A DNA stretch of 64,000 bases from the human T2T-CHM13v2.0 reference genome, Homo sapiens, in the NCBI RefSeq assembly GCF_009914755.1, contig NC_060937.1. One strand, 5' to 3'. The number at the start of each line of letters is the position of its first letter. Positions within the stretch are counted from its first letter, which is position 1. Below, piece after piece: positions 39,512 through 55,800 of this stretch. The notes beneath the pieces were generated by a model. The model was not told the DNA's origin and ran no database searches. It worked only from the letters and a program-made list of their open reading frames with translations. The position numbers were made by a program, and so were the translations under genes.

Positions 39512-41607
39512 GTCCTACTTCATAAATAAGAAAATGGAGGTATCAAAAAATGAGTAACTTCCAAAGATCATATAGCTAGGAAGAGGTACAGCTAGAATTT
39601 AAACCCAGACAATGTGCAATACTAATGCACTGCCTTCAAATACAAAGATGTATACAGAATTATTTTTTAAAAAACCTGAGGCACGGAGAGAAACTACAAC
39701 TAAGTGTCCTTCATTAAGAGAATGATTAAAAGGAAAAATCATAATATGGGCTATGAAATAAAATGCACGAATTTAAAAACAGTACAACATGAAAAACATA
39801 TTCAAAATATATGACACAGCCAAAAAGTTTCAGAACAATGGATTTTTTAAAATGTTCACGTGAACATGCATACATTGGTAAATACACAGAAATGGAATTA
39901 GAAGTACAACAGATTGTTAAAAATGATCATTTGTGTGGAATGAAAAGAGGTAGTGGGATACGGGGGACATCTACATTGTATTCAATATTTCTATGTTATT
40001 TGAATGTTTTACAACAAGAATATATGATGTATTTTAAAGCGAGGGATTTTTAATGCAGGGAGATATGCACGAATTTCCTACAACATTTTTCATTAAAAAG
40101 GCCTCAGCTGCACAAAGTTTAAAAGCCCTGCCCTACAGTGACACCAAATGGTGGTAGATCAAAATACAGCACACAAACAGGACATTTGTTCGATTCAATC
40201 TTCCTATAAATGTTTGATTTCTTTGAAGAACAGGAAGCTTAACAGAATTAAATAACGTGGAGACAAATACTCAAAAACCTAGAATTTTTAATCAAAGAAA
40301 GTCTAGTACACCAAGCTTCAACTGCAAATTTTTAGGCCTCTTTCCAAACTTCAGCTAATCTTCTGATCCCACTGAATATTTACATAAATCATTTCTCACA
40401 GTTAAAGCATGCCACTGTGAACACAGTGATTTTACCTAATAGCTTATTGATCAAAGAAAGCCTACAAATACAAGAAATGCAGTCATAAAACTAAAGTCAG
40501 GCTCTACTCCATCGGAATCAACCCTTGGTAAGTAGGTAATATTTTGGAAAGATGGACGAGAAGGTGTTGGGGATAAACAGGGATGGAAAGAATCCAAGAA
40601 GAGACACAAGCAATGACTCCAATTAATGACAAAGTATATTTTCATTTGTTAATCTAGTGATAGAAAATTAAGCTGAGTAAAAGAGGAGGCTATTGCCTCT
40701 CAAATATACACCAATTTCTCCACAAGAAAATTTTGTCCTGGACTGTCCAGGGAAAAGAATATTTCAAATTAAGCACATCAGTCAGTATTCAGTGTCCTCT
40801 GCCCAGAACCTAAACCAACAAAAACAGCATGTAAATGGCCTTATTCATTACAAGCCACTATAAAAAGATACAGAGATAGACCACCTCTCAGGGCACTCCT
40901 CTAAAACACCATTTGGCCAGGATCCTTAGTCTTTTAGCATTAAATGAGAGTTTATTGGATTTTTGATGTGTTACTTTTCATATACCAAAATCTCCTAGAA
41001 AACACAGGACATATAAATATATGATCATCTACAAAAAAAAGTCAATAATATAATTAAGCTCTAAGGCCTTGAAATCATATAACTGGATTTCAATCCTAAT
41101 AGGTACAAGCCAACTTACGACCACATGTTACCAGCACTACTTTACCCCACTCATGGATAATCAGCTCTAGAACACCTTGAGAGCTATCCTGATCAAATGA
41201 GTGCATGTCCAGTGACAAGAACCACAAGGAGATCAGTTCAAGAAGGTAACTTAAGTTTCTGAATTACTATATAAGTGACAGATGAACAACTAAGAACTGA
41301 GTACCACAAAAAGTATCCATGTCTACTACATATACATTTATGACTTAATTAGAAAGAGAGGTAATATCAGCATTAAATAATTTTGCTTCCAATTTCAACA
41401 GAGACATAAATATGAACATGAAAGTCTATATTACAGAAAATGTGAAAAATTAGGCACATCACATGGTTTAGTGGTTAGAAGTTTCAAGGATATACAATTT
41501 AATAGAAATTGACATAATTCCCACAGTAAATTTGTATACCATACTCTACAGGATATAGAGCCCTAGAAAACTGTATCTAAGTGATACATGATAAAAGTAA
41601 GACATAT

Positions 41608-41963
<356 letters not shown>

Positions 41964-43808
41964 TTAATTGACATTGGTTACTAATATTTTAGATGTCTTA
42001 CTTTTACACCCTGCCTTTCTATCAAAGAGGAAAATAACATAAACATCAATATCCTGGTGGAGCTACATCTTATGTTTTTTAACTAATTCTTATGGAGAAT
42101 TAAAGTTGATTATATAATGCAAGCAACTTGACTGAATTTAATCTACTGTCTCAAGTTAGGGTATCAGTTTAAATAAAACACAACCTTTCAGAAAAAATTG
42201 TAATTAATATGAATCAAATTAATGAATTCACATAACTGGATAAAAGAAAACTTAAACTTAGTGGCAAGTAAAAACTGTAGAATTTTAACTAATTTTTGTT
42301 CAAATGAAAATGCTAGAAATCATAACATCAGTCTACGGAACCTAAAGATGAAAGAGTTAAGAGCTAATTTTTCTACAGTGAAAAACAAATGAAAAGTCAA
42401 GCTTTGGTCCTATTTGGAGCTGGGAAAGCACTAACACTACCCCAAACTCTTGACTTTTTCTTATATCTAACTGTGTGATGATTTTTCAGGTAAAGATGAT
42501 TAGCACATTTCTAATGTACTTTAAATCTAGGCTAAATCAAGAAGTAAACATGTTTTTAAGGCAAGGATGTCTTGTAGAAATCTGGAGTTTAATTCACTTC
42601 AAGTTAATTGCCCATTTTTGATACAAACACTTCAAAAAGTTTATTACTTTAAAAATGAAACATTATTATGGAAGTCTTACAGAAATACACTTGGCAATTA
42701 TAACCAATTTCTTAAAATCATCAAATTACTGTATTATTGATAATGTTGATAAACTGAAAACACATCATTCTTTAGTAAGTTAGCAAAGGTTTTTAATCTA
42801 GAAAGGAGTACAGAAAATTTCAGACATTCCAGACTGTCTAACACTCTTTGTCCAGTATTTTGTTTTTTTTTTTTTTGGTTAATTATCAAGGATTGTTTGG
42901 AGCTTTAAGCAGGTTTCCCACTTCTCTTTGGAGAGCAAAAGTTGAGAAGTAGTAGCAGCCAGATTGGAAATGGTGAAAAATAGAAATGGAAAAAGGTAAA
43001 ATCTAAGAACATTACTATTTGACAAAAAATAAAATAAAAATATTTCATTTTGTTCCTCAACTTTCATTCTGATTTTTCCACCAATACAATTACCTTTTAA
43101 AATATTAGTACCACAGAAACCAGAACCGAAAACAATTTGTTCAAGAGTATATTGTCATAATCAATAGATGACTAAGGCATTGTTCATATTGTCTGTAGAG
43201 GATGTTTTTCAACAACGTTATTCCTTCCAAATTATATTCCACTGGCACTCAGGTATGACCCAGCATGGAATGTGTACATTCCAGATTAAGTTTGAGTTGA
43301 CATGTCCTGAAAGGGAAGTGGTCCATCACCATCTTAAAATCAAAACTATTACCTCTAGCATTGGTATCTGGGAATCCAGTTGTTTTAACTGCTGATCCCT
43401 AAAAGTACACTTTTTGTAAATCAAAGCTCTTTGATGTGAATTCTTAATTTTTAACAAGGCATAACTTGGCTATTTTAAGTAAATTGAAAATATCTGCAAA
43501 TTTGAGCAGTCTTCTTGAATCACTAGAACACAGAAATAGTTTTAAATCTTTACTATAATGATAGGCAACATAAAAAGCTACTTGTTAGATAGACATTTTC
43601 ATATAACCTTGCATGGTATCAGATTTAATGTACATGGAAAATATTTCAAAATTGTAATTTTATATATTATTTTAATTCAAGTGTCAAAACATAGGTAAAA
43701 AAAAAACACTCTAAATAGTCTGTGGTTAAAAATGTAATGCAAATTCTCCCTTATTCACCTATTCTCTTATGGAAGACATGGCAAATAGAGTATCAAATAG
43801 ACAAACTA

Positions 43809-44275
<467 letters not shown>

Positions 44276-45254
44276 GTTTTAGAATAAGAATTATAAGACT
44301 GTGAACAAGGAAAATCATGCTTTTTCCTTTTGTGTTCTATTTGGAGTTTTTTTTTTTTTAACTTTGGTGGTAGCAAGGAGTAGAATGCGTTTATGAAGAG
44401 ATAGGAAGGAATGTAAAAGCAAATGTCTACAACATGCCAAAATATGAGGTGCAGGCACAGCTATTAAGTAAATCAACCTGAATTTTTAAAATTCTGTCAA
44501 ACAAATTTCATCCTGGCCCTGGAGATTATTAATATAACTGAAGATGAAAGGGAAAAAATAAACAATCTTATTAGAGAAACAACACTATAGTATTGTTATA
44601 ATGACAAAGTGTAACCGACCTAAAAATAATAATTTAATGGTAGGAGAAAAGAGCACAGAAAAGAAATCTTGATAAAAATCTTAAAATTTTAAGTTGTAAT
44701 ACATTTAATATATGGCACTGGAAATTCTTTTCACCTCTTTAGACCCCAGCTTCTATAAAATAAAAGGCTGGAGCAAGATGATTATCAAAGATTTTCTAAA
44801 ATGAATTCATTTTTCATCCTCATTGCCAAGAAAGATACTATATTTATAATTTCGGTCTAAACTACGAGATGAATTCAAGTAAGTGATCAGAACAAGAAAC
44901 CAAAGCTACTCTTGCAATATGTTGGAATACACAGCTCTAGAATAAATCACAAATATACCTCTCTATTCTTAAGAAGTACAGTTTTTACTTTACATTTTAA
45001 CATTAAATAGAGAGCAAAAAAATTATACATACAATTTTCAAAAGCCCCTTGGACTTCACTTAATGCCAGAGTTTCAATATATATTTTAAATCAAGGTAAT
45101 TTCACATGAATATCCTTAAGTTAAAAAAAAGTAAGATGGATATTAAATGTATGTGATTACTCACATGCTTTTTTACATTTAGCGATATAAAAACAGTTGA
45201 CAGGTTCTCTTGTTTGGCACAGTATAAAAATCCTCTCTGAGACTCGGTACTTAC

Positions 45255-45356
45255 CACAACCACAAACTGCTCAGGTTCACATAAGTTGCTATATTCACTC
45301 TTGAACTGAGACAATGAATTTAATTGCTCTTGATCAGGAAGATGCTTTATTAAGTT
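45255..45356 (-). CDS. DIAPH3: DIAPH3 internal coding exon, 102 nt, phase 0-0 (NLIKHLPDQEQLNSLSQFKSEYSNLCEPEQFVVV); probably exon 20
   Basis: Acceptor aatttttag|AAC and donor GTG|gtaagt. Contains the FH2-type L-x-E-P-E-Q-F motif and overlaps ORF 45102..45314. Confidence 0.95.
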
Positions 45357-47196
45357 CTAAAAATTAAAACCAGAAAGAAAGATCTTCACTAAATGTACTT
45401 CTTGAATTTTAAAAATATAATTTAAAAACTACTGAAAGAAAACCAGTGAAGTTAATCTTCAGTTTTATTTCTAGGTAACCTCCCTCCTAATAAGCCTTAA
45501 GCAAAATTCCCTGCATCTTGAAAACAGTCAATTTTCCATTTCTCTATCCCAGAGTTATTATATATTCAAATCAAGCACTACTGAAACTGAATGTTTATTT
45601 GATTAGCTATATAATTGAGAAAGAGAACTCAACCTATACCAAAGGAACAGCTTTCTCACCTGGATGAATGTGATCCATTACATTTCAGCTTTAGGGAATT
45701 AAATGTCAGAAATTTCAGGCAAAGCCAAACATATTTTAACACTTCACTCAGGGGGATAAAAGAAATCATCATATTGCTACAAAAAGGCATGGGAAGGGAC
45801 AGAATAGAAATCAAGGGAATTTTAATGGCAGTGCTTGCAAGATTTACCAATAGGATTACAGTTTTAATAATAAAAACTGAAGATATCTCTAAAACAAACT
45901 AACTTTTCTGATGTGAAAGAAAATTTTAAAAGGTGTTGAAGACACATGATGATTGATATACCTTGCAGATAAAAGGCATGTAGAGGTCCTTTAGAAACTT
46001 AAGTAAGCCACACACTTAAACAACAGAACTACTTGAATAAAGATTAAAGGAATACACAAGACTATGTCTTCCTGATACAACTTAAATGATTAAACAATCC
46101 CTTGGACAAAGTCTATATCGATCCTCTGTATCAAAATACAATCAACTATAATAGCGTTACAAGAAGTTAGTGCATTGATATTAAAATTAAGATAAAAAAG
46201 AGTGGTTGGTGCTCACAATTCCAAATTACAGCATGAGTAAATTCTGTACAAGCCCAAAGTTGAATACAAACTATAATTAAGCCTAGATCATGCTATATAT
46301 ATTTATGGGGGGAAATTCCCCAAAGGTGTTATTAGTTAAAAATACTGTTAGAGAATGTTATACATCAAAATCAATTAGATCAAAGAATAAGTTATTGACT
46401 CACTGTGTACCTTTGGACAGAAACTTGGTTAACTGGCCAAAAACAAAACAAAAAAAAAGTGGCATTTTAAGATCATCCCTAGACAAAGTATTCACTATTA
46501 ATACTATCAAATTGAATAAAAATAAAAGTATATGATTTCCCCACATAAATAGAAATTTCTCTTAGTGGAATTGCTTGAGACCAAAAGACATGATTATTTA
46601 TATTTTTACCCATTCTAGTTGACAGCTGGATTGTTAGATTTTATTACTTCAGGCCTCTGAATTTCTTTAGCATCCTTTTAGACAAATCCCCCTGAATATC
46701 TCATATATAATCAGATTTTCATCTTTCACCTGAATTTTTTAATTTTTTCACTCCATTAATTTTACATTCTAACATAAAAATACTATTGTGATTTTTAAGT
46801 GCGTGGTTCCAACCTCCCTTTGTCTCTCCCCTTACAAATTCCCCACACCCTTCGCAAATCTTAAGCTACTGTTCAGCTAAATTCTGCACAGACAGGCACG
46901 CATGCCCAGCTTCCCTCACAGCCCACAGTATTATTACTGCCAAAACAATTGCCCTTCACTACATTTTTCATGCAACTCCTCTGCTCTATTCTACATCTAT
47001 ACCTATTCAACATTTACATACCCTTGCCTCCACACATACACTCACAAAGCATACTCCCTCAACATATTCTATAGGTCTAAACCAATCTTAAAACTTTGCT
47101 TACCTTGCTTTACAATTATGTATGTAAATGTCATTTCCCTTGTCAAATTATAAATTCCAAGAAGGTCAAGTCTAATTCTTATTGAGCCTAATATAC

Positions 47197-47507
<311 letters not shown>

Positions 47508-47943
47508 TTATTGAGCCTAATACAATGCCCTGGACATGTTGCATAAAATAAAGTATATGAAAAATGAATTAATAAATGACTGATGTGACAAACAAAGGTA
47601 AATGGGTAAAAAATGATGCAGAAAAGTGGCATGAAAAATGGCAAAACAATGACATACTGCTGACCTGTACATATATATGAATAAGTAACTAAATATGTCA
47701 AAATATAACCATCACAGTGAACACAGAGAACCAAAATCATGATTATTACAACATAAAGCTCTGTTTCCATGCCCTGGTCAAAATAGGAATTCTTCGCATT
47801 AAAATGAGGAATATACTTTTAAAATTAAGAGTTCAAATAGCAAGAAATTCTTACTTTTTAATGAATATATTAAAACCTTATATATGTTCAAAATAAATTT
47901 TTACATTTTAGAAATACCCAAGGCTGGTTTTATATTTAGAAAG

Positions 47944-48459
47944 TATGATAGGCACAATAATGACATCCATTCCTAAAGATGTACATGACTAATCCCCAAA
48001 ACCTATGAAAATATTAAGTTACATGGCAAAGGGAATTTAGGTTATAGATGGAATTAAAGTTGCTATCAGCTGACCTTAGAGTGGTTATCCTGAATTATTT
48101 GGATGTACTCAATGTAATCAAAAAGTTCTTATAAGTGGAAGAAAAAAACAATAGAGTTGGACGGAGATGTGACTATGAGACAAAGGAATTGAGGAATGCA
48201 AGATTGCTGGCTTGGAAGATGAAGGAATGGTTCTACAAGCCATAGAGTATGAGCAACCATGAGAAGCTGGAAATACAAACAGATTCTTCCCTAGAGCCTA
48301 CGAAAAGAAACACAGGTCATTCTGCCAATACTTTGATGTTAGCATAGTAAGACCAATATCAGACTTATGTTTTACAGGAATGTAAGATAATAAATTTGTA
48401 TTATTTTAAGCAAATAAGTTCTTGGTGAATGGGTATAGTACAAATAAAAAACTAATACA
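47944..48459 (+). mobile_element. MLT1D-like MaLR solo LTR
   Basis: ttacatggcaaagggaa...gatggaattaaagttgctatcagctgacctt...aaactaataca. Confidence 0.85.
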
Positions 48460-49674
48460 TTACAAAATATATGGAGCTGAATGTACTTTGGACATGAATT
48501 TTAAAAAGCAAATCATCTCTTTTCTATTATATAACAAAACCACATGTTCATTTAAAACATTCATGTAATCAAGCTAAAAGCTACTCTGTAAATATTTAAC
48601 TAATTCATTATAAGAAATACAAACAAGTATTAAGTAGAAAAATTTTATTTAAGGAAGTTGGCATCTATTCCTAGCAAGAAGGCACACATATAATCAACAT
48701 GAACGAAGATGAAAATCCAGTAAAAAACAAACTGAAAGAGAAAAAAAAAGCTTAAATAAGAGTAGCTGAATCAGGTAGTTTATGAGTCTCAGCGACTCAC
48801 AGCACAAATCACTAGTGAAATTATATGACCACTACATTTAGAAGACAAGATAGGAAAGGCAAAACTTAGAACAACTTCCAAAGATATCATTTATTGATTA
48901 GTTAAAATATTCAGAATAATTTTAATTGCTTGTTGGCACTAATAAATATTTGGTTTCTTTTTATTGCTAAGTAATCATTTTCCTAAATATATCCGCTATC
49001 AGAACAAAAGATGGTAAGCTGAAGATAATCTCTCACTATATAATTTGTGTTTTGATTCTCCAACTTTAAATTTTATCAAGATATACATTATTGATTTCTT
49101 ATGTGGAACTCAGCAATAACTTCGACATGATGCTAGTATTCATTTGAAAATACTATGAATAAAAGCCATTAACAAAAATCTTCTAGCTTTCTGAATAAAT
49201 TCAGAATACTATGTAAACAATCTCTAATACTCATAGGAGCCCAAATGACTCTAAGAAGAATTGTTAGTAAAGGTAACTGTAATTGAAAACTCCCTCAATC
49301 TTCTAAACCATATAATAATATCTTCATAAGCCAAAGAAAAACACATTCTAAAAGGGCTATAGAAACAAATTTTAAGTAACACATTAATAAAGTATAACAA
49401 AAACAAAAATGTAAAATTAAACAATTTGCTTTTCAGAAACAATAACTTAAAATACTTAAAATGTAATCATTTGATAGCATTCTATTTCATGTGCAGTTAA
49501 GAGAAGATGCAGCTTTCTCTCCTGGCAATGCAGAAGTTATGCTAAAACTAATTATGCAGCAATGATTTTCCAGTTGAATGATTTGGGTGAAGAATTTTGC
49601 TTCACTTACAGATTTCTATTTAATGAGAAGCTTGCAATGAAATATTGAAATTTAAGCTGTGCCTGTTTGTTTAC

Positions 49675-49769
49675 CTGAATCATAGACTCTGCCAACCGTG
49701 TTTCATCTACTTCCAATATCATCATTCTGATTTCCTCATATGGCACCCGAAAAGAGCTCAGGAAGATTG
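49675..49769 (-). CDS. DIAPH3: DIAPH3 internal coding exon, 95 nt, phase 1-0 (IFLSSFRVPYEEIRMMILEVDETRLAESMIQ); probably exon 19
   Basis: Not in the ORF track; translated by hand. Polypyrimidine tract with ctccttcttag|CA acceptor and CAG|gtaaac donor. Frame is compatible with both neighbouring exons. Confidence 0.95.
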
Positions 49770-50671
49770 CTAAGAAGGAGAAAGAGAGAAAGGTTTATAA
49801 TGAATAAGGTTTAAAAAAGTATTTCAGATGTAGTTCTATTTATAAAATCAAAAATAAATTCATAAAACAAGAGAATTCAAACATTTAATATTATGTTTGG
49901 GGGAAACATATTATGGGGGAAACTTTCATTACTACATTTTATACTCTTCTCTAGTTTTAGAACTAGTGTTTAAACAACAGTCCTGTGTTATTGCACTGGA
50001 TCCAAGGTTGATTTTTAAATGCTCAGTTATTTATCTACCATAGGAATGATGTCAATTTTCATGTGATAACAAAAAATGAAATAAGGTACACTATAAAAAC
50101 ATCACATTGTAATGAAAATAATAAGAAAACCACAGTATGTGCATGTAATATTTGTCTAAGCATATGTATTATTTGCTTGTATCTCTTCTAGCCTTAGGAA
50201 AGAGTTCAGGAAAAAGTATTTTAAGAAAACTGCTAAGCAGTACATTAACACTTTTACAAGTAATAGTAGCACTTCACTATTCAGAAACATTGTAAACAGT
50301 ATGCTAGGGAAACCTTCACATGTAACCAAAGCTTAAAATATCCAGTTTTAGAAAACAAATTCTCACTGAAAATTATCCAAATGTACTAGATAGTATAATA
50401 TGTTATTACTGAGAATTCTAAACATCTTTCTTGATGGCTCTTATATCAACTATTATAATGATTTTTTCAAAAGTTACTGAAGTAGAAGGATATTTTCACA
50501 GCAACAGATACAACGCTTTTGCTAGTTCAACCCTTATTGTACTATTATGTTTTTACATTCAAGATGTCACTTCTTAACCATACTCAGCACCTGCAAATCA
50601 ATAGCCTATTATTTTTCTTTTTATTTAATGAATTTCTATGTCATCTGGTATGTGTATTTCTAGATAAAGAA

Positions 50672-50873
50672 ACTATGTTCAGCACCTCATATCTGTGGGT
50701 TCCATATTCACAAATCTGACCAACTGTGGATCAAATTCAATCCACAGTAGGTTGAATCTAAAGATACAGAAACCATGGATATAAAAGCAGAATATAAGGA
50801 ACTTGAGCATCTGTGGATTTTGGTATTCATCAGGGGTCCTGGAACCAATCCCTCTGATATCAAAGGATGACTA
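50672..50873. mobile_element. Tigger3/MER2-type TcMar MITE
   Basis: atatctgtgggttcc...acttgagcatctgtggattttggtat...ggggtcctggaaccaatccc. Confidence 0.8.
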
Positions 50874-51128
50874 TTTTTTATAAAACTCAGGAAACAGGAT
50901 CTACTTCTTTTCTGTATTGAGGTTGTATTCCTGATTTGTGAGAATATCATGTATCACCTACAGATTAACAAGGGCATCATCTGTATTCATATCACCAACA
51001 CACACAGTTCTGAACCCAAGAAGTCTTAAATATGAAATCATTACAATAAAACTCACAGATGTCTATAATCCTTAATATCCCAAGAACAAGATGAAATATG
51101 TAAATGGTATAAGAGTAAATAGAGATTT

Positions 51129-51457
<329 letters not shown>

Positions 51458-51509
51458 TTACAAAAGACAACTCCGTAGTAGACAATAGAACATGCAAAAA
51501 ATATAATCA

Positions 51510-54500
51510 CTGAAGATGGTGAAGTAGGGCTCTCCAGTAATTCTCCACCCTCACAGAAACATGAATTTGAACTAGCCACATGTGAAAGAAAATACCTTCA
51601 AAAGAGAGAAAACAAGTGAAAAATCACAGTACCTGGTATAGACTAATACTAAAAAAGATACATTGATTATGTAAAGAATGTTTTACATCACCCGTATCAA
51701 TCCATCCACCAACGTCAGGCAGCACAGGAAAAAAAAAAAAAAAAGAGAGAGAGAGAGAGATACTGTCCACTTGAAAAAAAAGAGAAGTGAACATAGAAAT
51801 TTCCCTTTGTCGCTAACAACAAATCTACCAGTATAAAATGCTCATGGACTCTGATTCCTGACAGGTATCTGCAGTCTAAGCATCTAGACTGACACTGGTA
51901 CCAGACAGGAATCTAACGGTCCTTTGAGAAAAGACTCGAGTTCTGGCCTATATCACTGACGGATGACTGCAGCGACCTTCGTTTACAGAAAATACTCAGT
52001 GGCAAACAGGCAACAGAAGCCATGGGCTTCAGGAACCACCCAGGACTGCAACAACATTAAGAACCACGAAAGTAAGCCTGATGCAGGGCCAGCTGTGGGA
52101 GCCAAAAATTTCCAGCCTGGGCTGCACCACCCAAAGCACTTCTAGGCTTAGGGCACTCCCTAACACTGCACCAACAACAGCAACCCATACCAGATGGTCT
52201 ACTCAAAAACCCTAGACAGACTTACTGTTGAAAGATGACCTAAAATAAAGTCACACTGAGAAGAATGGAATAAATATCTACTTCTTCAACATGCAGACAG
52301 CAACACTTGACCACAATGCAAAAAGACAATCAGGGAAACATGACATCACCAAAGGGACAAAATCAGCTGCCAGTGATGTACACTAGAGATGGACATGTAT
52401 GAACTATCTGGCAAGGAATTCAAAGCTGTGGTTTAAGAAAGTTCAGTGAACTTCAAGAAAATAAAAAAAAAAAAAAAAAATCAGTATTTTTTAACAAAGA
52501 AAACAGTTTTTAAAAATTAAACAGAAATACTAAAATATACAAGGTACAAAATGAGAAATTCAGTAGAGAGCATCAACTGTACAAGTGATCAAGCAGAAGA
52601 AAAAAATCTGTAAACTTAAAGACAGTTTATTTAAAAATATACTGTAAGAGAATAAGAAAAATGAATGAAAAGGAATGAAGAAAACGTGAAATTTATTGGA
52701 CAGCATTAAAGAGCAAAAACGTGTCATTGAGGTTTGAGAGAGTAGATAACATTGTAGAAAACTTATTTTAAAAAGTAATAGCAGAAAACTTTCCAAACCT
52801 GCAAAAAGATATAAATATCCAGATACGGGAAGGTAAAAGGTGTCTAGTATGATTGAATCCAATACTACACCATGACATTATAATCAAACTGTCAAAGATC
52901 AAAGACAAAGAGGGGATCCAGAAAGCAACAAGAGAAAATAATAAAATAGCATACAAGAGAGTTCCAGTATACCTAACAGCAGACTTCTCAACAGAAACCT
53001 TACATGCCAGGAGAAAATATGATGACATATTCAAAGTGCTGAAGAAAAACAACTTCTAAGAATACTTTACCGTCAAAATTTATTTTTCAGAAATCAAGGA
53101 GAGATAGAGTTTCCCAGACAAACAGAAGCTAAGGAAGTTCACAATCAACAGCCCTGTCTTATAAAAATTGCTAAATGAAATTCTGCCAGTTGAAAGAAAA
53201 GGATGATAATGAGAAACATAAAAATATCTGAAAGTATAACTCACCAGTAAAAGTAAGTACATAGTCAAATTCCGAATATTCTAATAATGTAATAGTGGTA
53301 TGTAAATCACTTGTATCTTTAAAAGGGAGAATAGAGGACAAAACTATTAAAATTAATAGTAACTACAATAAATTGTTAAGGAATATTCAATATGGAAAGA
53401 TGTGAGTTGTGACATCAAAAATTCAAAATTCAAGGAAAGAGTAAAATTAATATGTAGTTTTATTTTTTATAAGTGATCAAGTTTATCAGTTTCAAATAAA
53501 TTGTTGTAACTGTAAAAAATCTTTTAGTTAGCCTCATAACCACAAAGCAAAAATCTATACTAAATGTACTACAAATTAAAAGCAAAAAAATCAAAACATA
53601 CTATTAGAGAATAATCACTTATCCAGAAAGGAAAACTGTAATAGAGGAAGAAAGTAAAAAGGATCTACAAAACAACTAGAAAACAATCAACAAAACGGTA
53701 GTTATAAGTCCTTCACTATCAATAATTATCTAGCATCTAAATGGACTGAATTCTCAAATTAAAAGACAGAGTGGCTGAATGAAAACAAAACAAAACTACA
53801 ACTATATGCTGACTATTGAAGACTAACTTCACCCGTAAAGACACATATAAACCAAGTGTAAAGATAGAAAAAGATATGCCATGCACATGAAAACCGAAAA
53901 AGAACAGGAGTAGCTATATTTACATCAGATAAAATATACTTTAAACCAAAAACTGTAAAAGGAGACAAAGGATATTACATAATAAAGTGATCAATTCAGC
54001 AAAAGGATGTAACACTTGTAAACATATATATGTGTATATGCATGTGTGTGCGTGTATATACATATATATGTATATATATATATAATTTGTATCCAACACC
54101 AAAGCATCTAAATATACAAAGAAAATAGATCTACAGGGAGACATACATTGCAATACAATATTAGGAGACTTCAATGCCTCATTTTCAGCAATAAAACAGT
54201 CATCTAGACAGAAAATCAACAAACATGAACTAGAAAATGAACTCTAGGCCAAAAGGACCTAACAGATATTTACAGAACATTTCATATAACAAAATCAGAA
54301 TAAACATCCTTCTCTCAACTGCACATGGAACATTCTCCAGGACAGATCATATGTTATGCCACAAAACATGTCTTAACAAATTTAAGGAGACTAGAATCAT
54401 ATCAAGTATATTTTCTGACCACAATGGAATAAAACTAGAAATCAGTACAGAAGAAAATTCAAAAACTTTTCAAATGCATGAAAACTAAACAACATGCTTC

Positions 54501-55800
54501 TAAATAACCAATGGGTCAATGAAGAAATTAAAAGTCTTCAATATAAAAATGTATTTAGAAAATTGAAAAGGGAAACACAACATACCAAAATATATGGGAT
54601 ATAGCAAAAGCAGATCTAAGTGAGAAGTTTACAGAAATAAATGTCTACACTAAAAAAAAAAAAATCTCAAACAACCTAACATTGCACCTGGAGGAATTAG
54701 AAAAACAAGACAAACTCAACCCAAAATTAGTAGAAGCAAGAAAATATTAAAGATCCAAGCAGAAATAAATGAAATGGAGACCAGAAAATACCAAAAAAAA
54801 AAAAGAAAGAAAAAACAACCAAAAATTTCATTTTTGGAAAAAATAAAATAATCAAATGTTTATTTAGACTAAGAAAACTCAAATAAATATAGTCATAAAT
54901 GAAAAGATATTACAACTGACACCACAAAAATAAAAAAAGAATTATATGAGACTATTTTGAATAATTTCTTATACATCAATAAATTGGATAACCTAGAAAA
55001 AAAATGGATAAAATCCTAGAAACTTATAACTTACCAAGATTGAATTATAAAACAATACAATACCTGAATAAACCAATAACCAGTAAGGAAACTGAAATTA
55101 GTAATAAGTAGTTTCCCACCAAAGAAAAGCTGAGGATCTAATACATTTGCTGCTTAATTCTATCAAACATGTAAGTAAAAACTATTACCAATTCTTATCA
55201 CACTATTCAAAAAAAATCAAAGAGTAGAGAATACTGCCAAACTCACTCCACAAGGCTGGCATTCCCCTGAAACCAAAACCTGCAAGAATGCAACAAAGGA
55301 AAGCTACTTGTCAATAACCCTGAAGCAAAAATTCTCAACAAAATGAATTCAATACATGAAAAAGATCATTCACCATGATTAAATGGGATTCATTCCAGAG
55401 ATGCAAGGATGGTTCAAAACATGCAAATCAGTAAATGTGACACACCCTATTAACAGCATGGAAGACAAAACCATATAATCATTTCAATAGATAGAAAAAT
55501 AATTTGACAGAATTCATCATTCTTTTATGATAAAGAATTTTAACAAATTAGGTATAGAAGAAATGTGTCACAACACAATAAATATATGCGTTATATATGA
55601 CAAACATACAGCTATCATCATAACAAACAGAAAAGTTGAAAGCTTTTCCTATAAAATCTGGAAGAAGATAAGGATCTCCACTTTCACCACTTCTATTCAA
55701 CATATTACTTGAAGTCCTAGCCAGGGCAATTAGGCAAGAGAAAAAAAATAGGCAGAAATAAGTTAAGCTGTACTTGCTTGCAGAAAACAACCTTAAATAT
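51510..55800 (+). mobile_element. Decayed L1 (L1MA/L1M1-2 class): 5'UTR, ORF1 and 5' half of ORF2; 3' half missing
   Basis: ORF1-like peptide 52853..53059 (IIIKLSKIKDKE.I.KA.RE...ADFSTETL.ARR). Endonuclease-like peptide 54237..54488 (AHGTFSRTDHML.HK...SDHNGIKLEI). Many stops and frameshifts. Confidence 0.93.
54022..54085. repeat. (TA)n/(TG)n alternating purine-pyrimidine microsatellite within L1
   Basis: Seen directly in the sequence. Confidence 0.85.

Noticed and set aside
40136-40155. Possible CTCF motif (minus strand CCACCATTTGGTGTCA)
   Set aside because: Mismatches at high-information core positions.
40737-40751. Short palindromes and direct repeats (cctggac-t-gtccagg; tggtaaagcta x2 at 18674; ttcaatattg x2 near 23183)
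   Set aside because: Short enough to be expected from chance or slippage in 64 kb.
52340-55800. Potentially active L1
   Set aside because: Multiple stops and frameshifts, an internal microsatellite and a missing 3' half.
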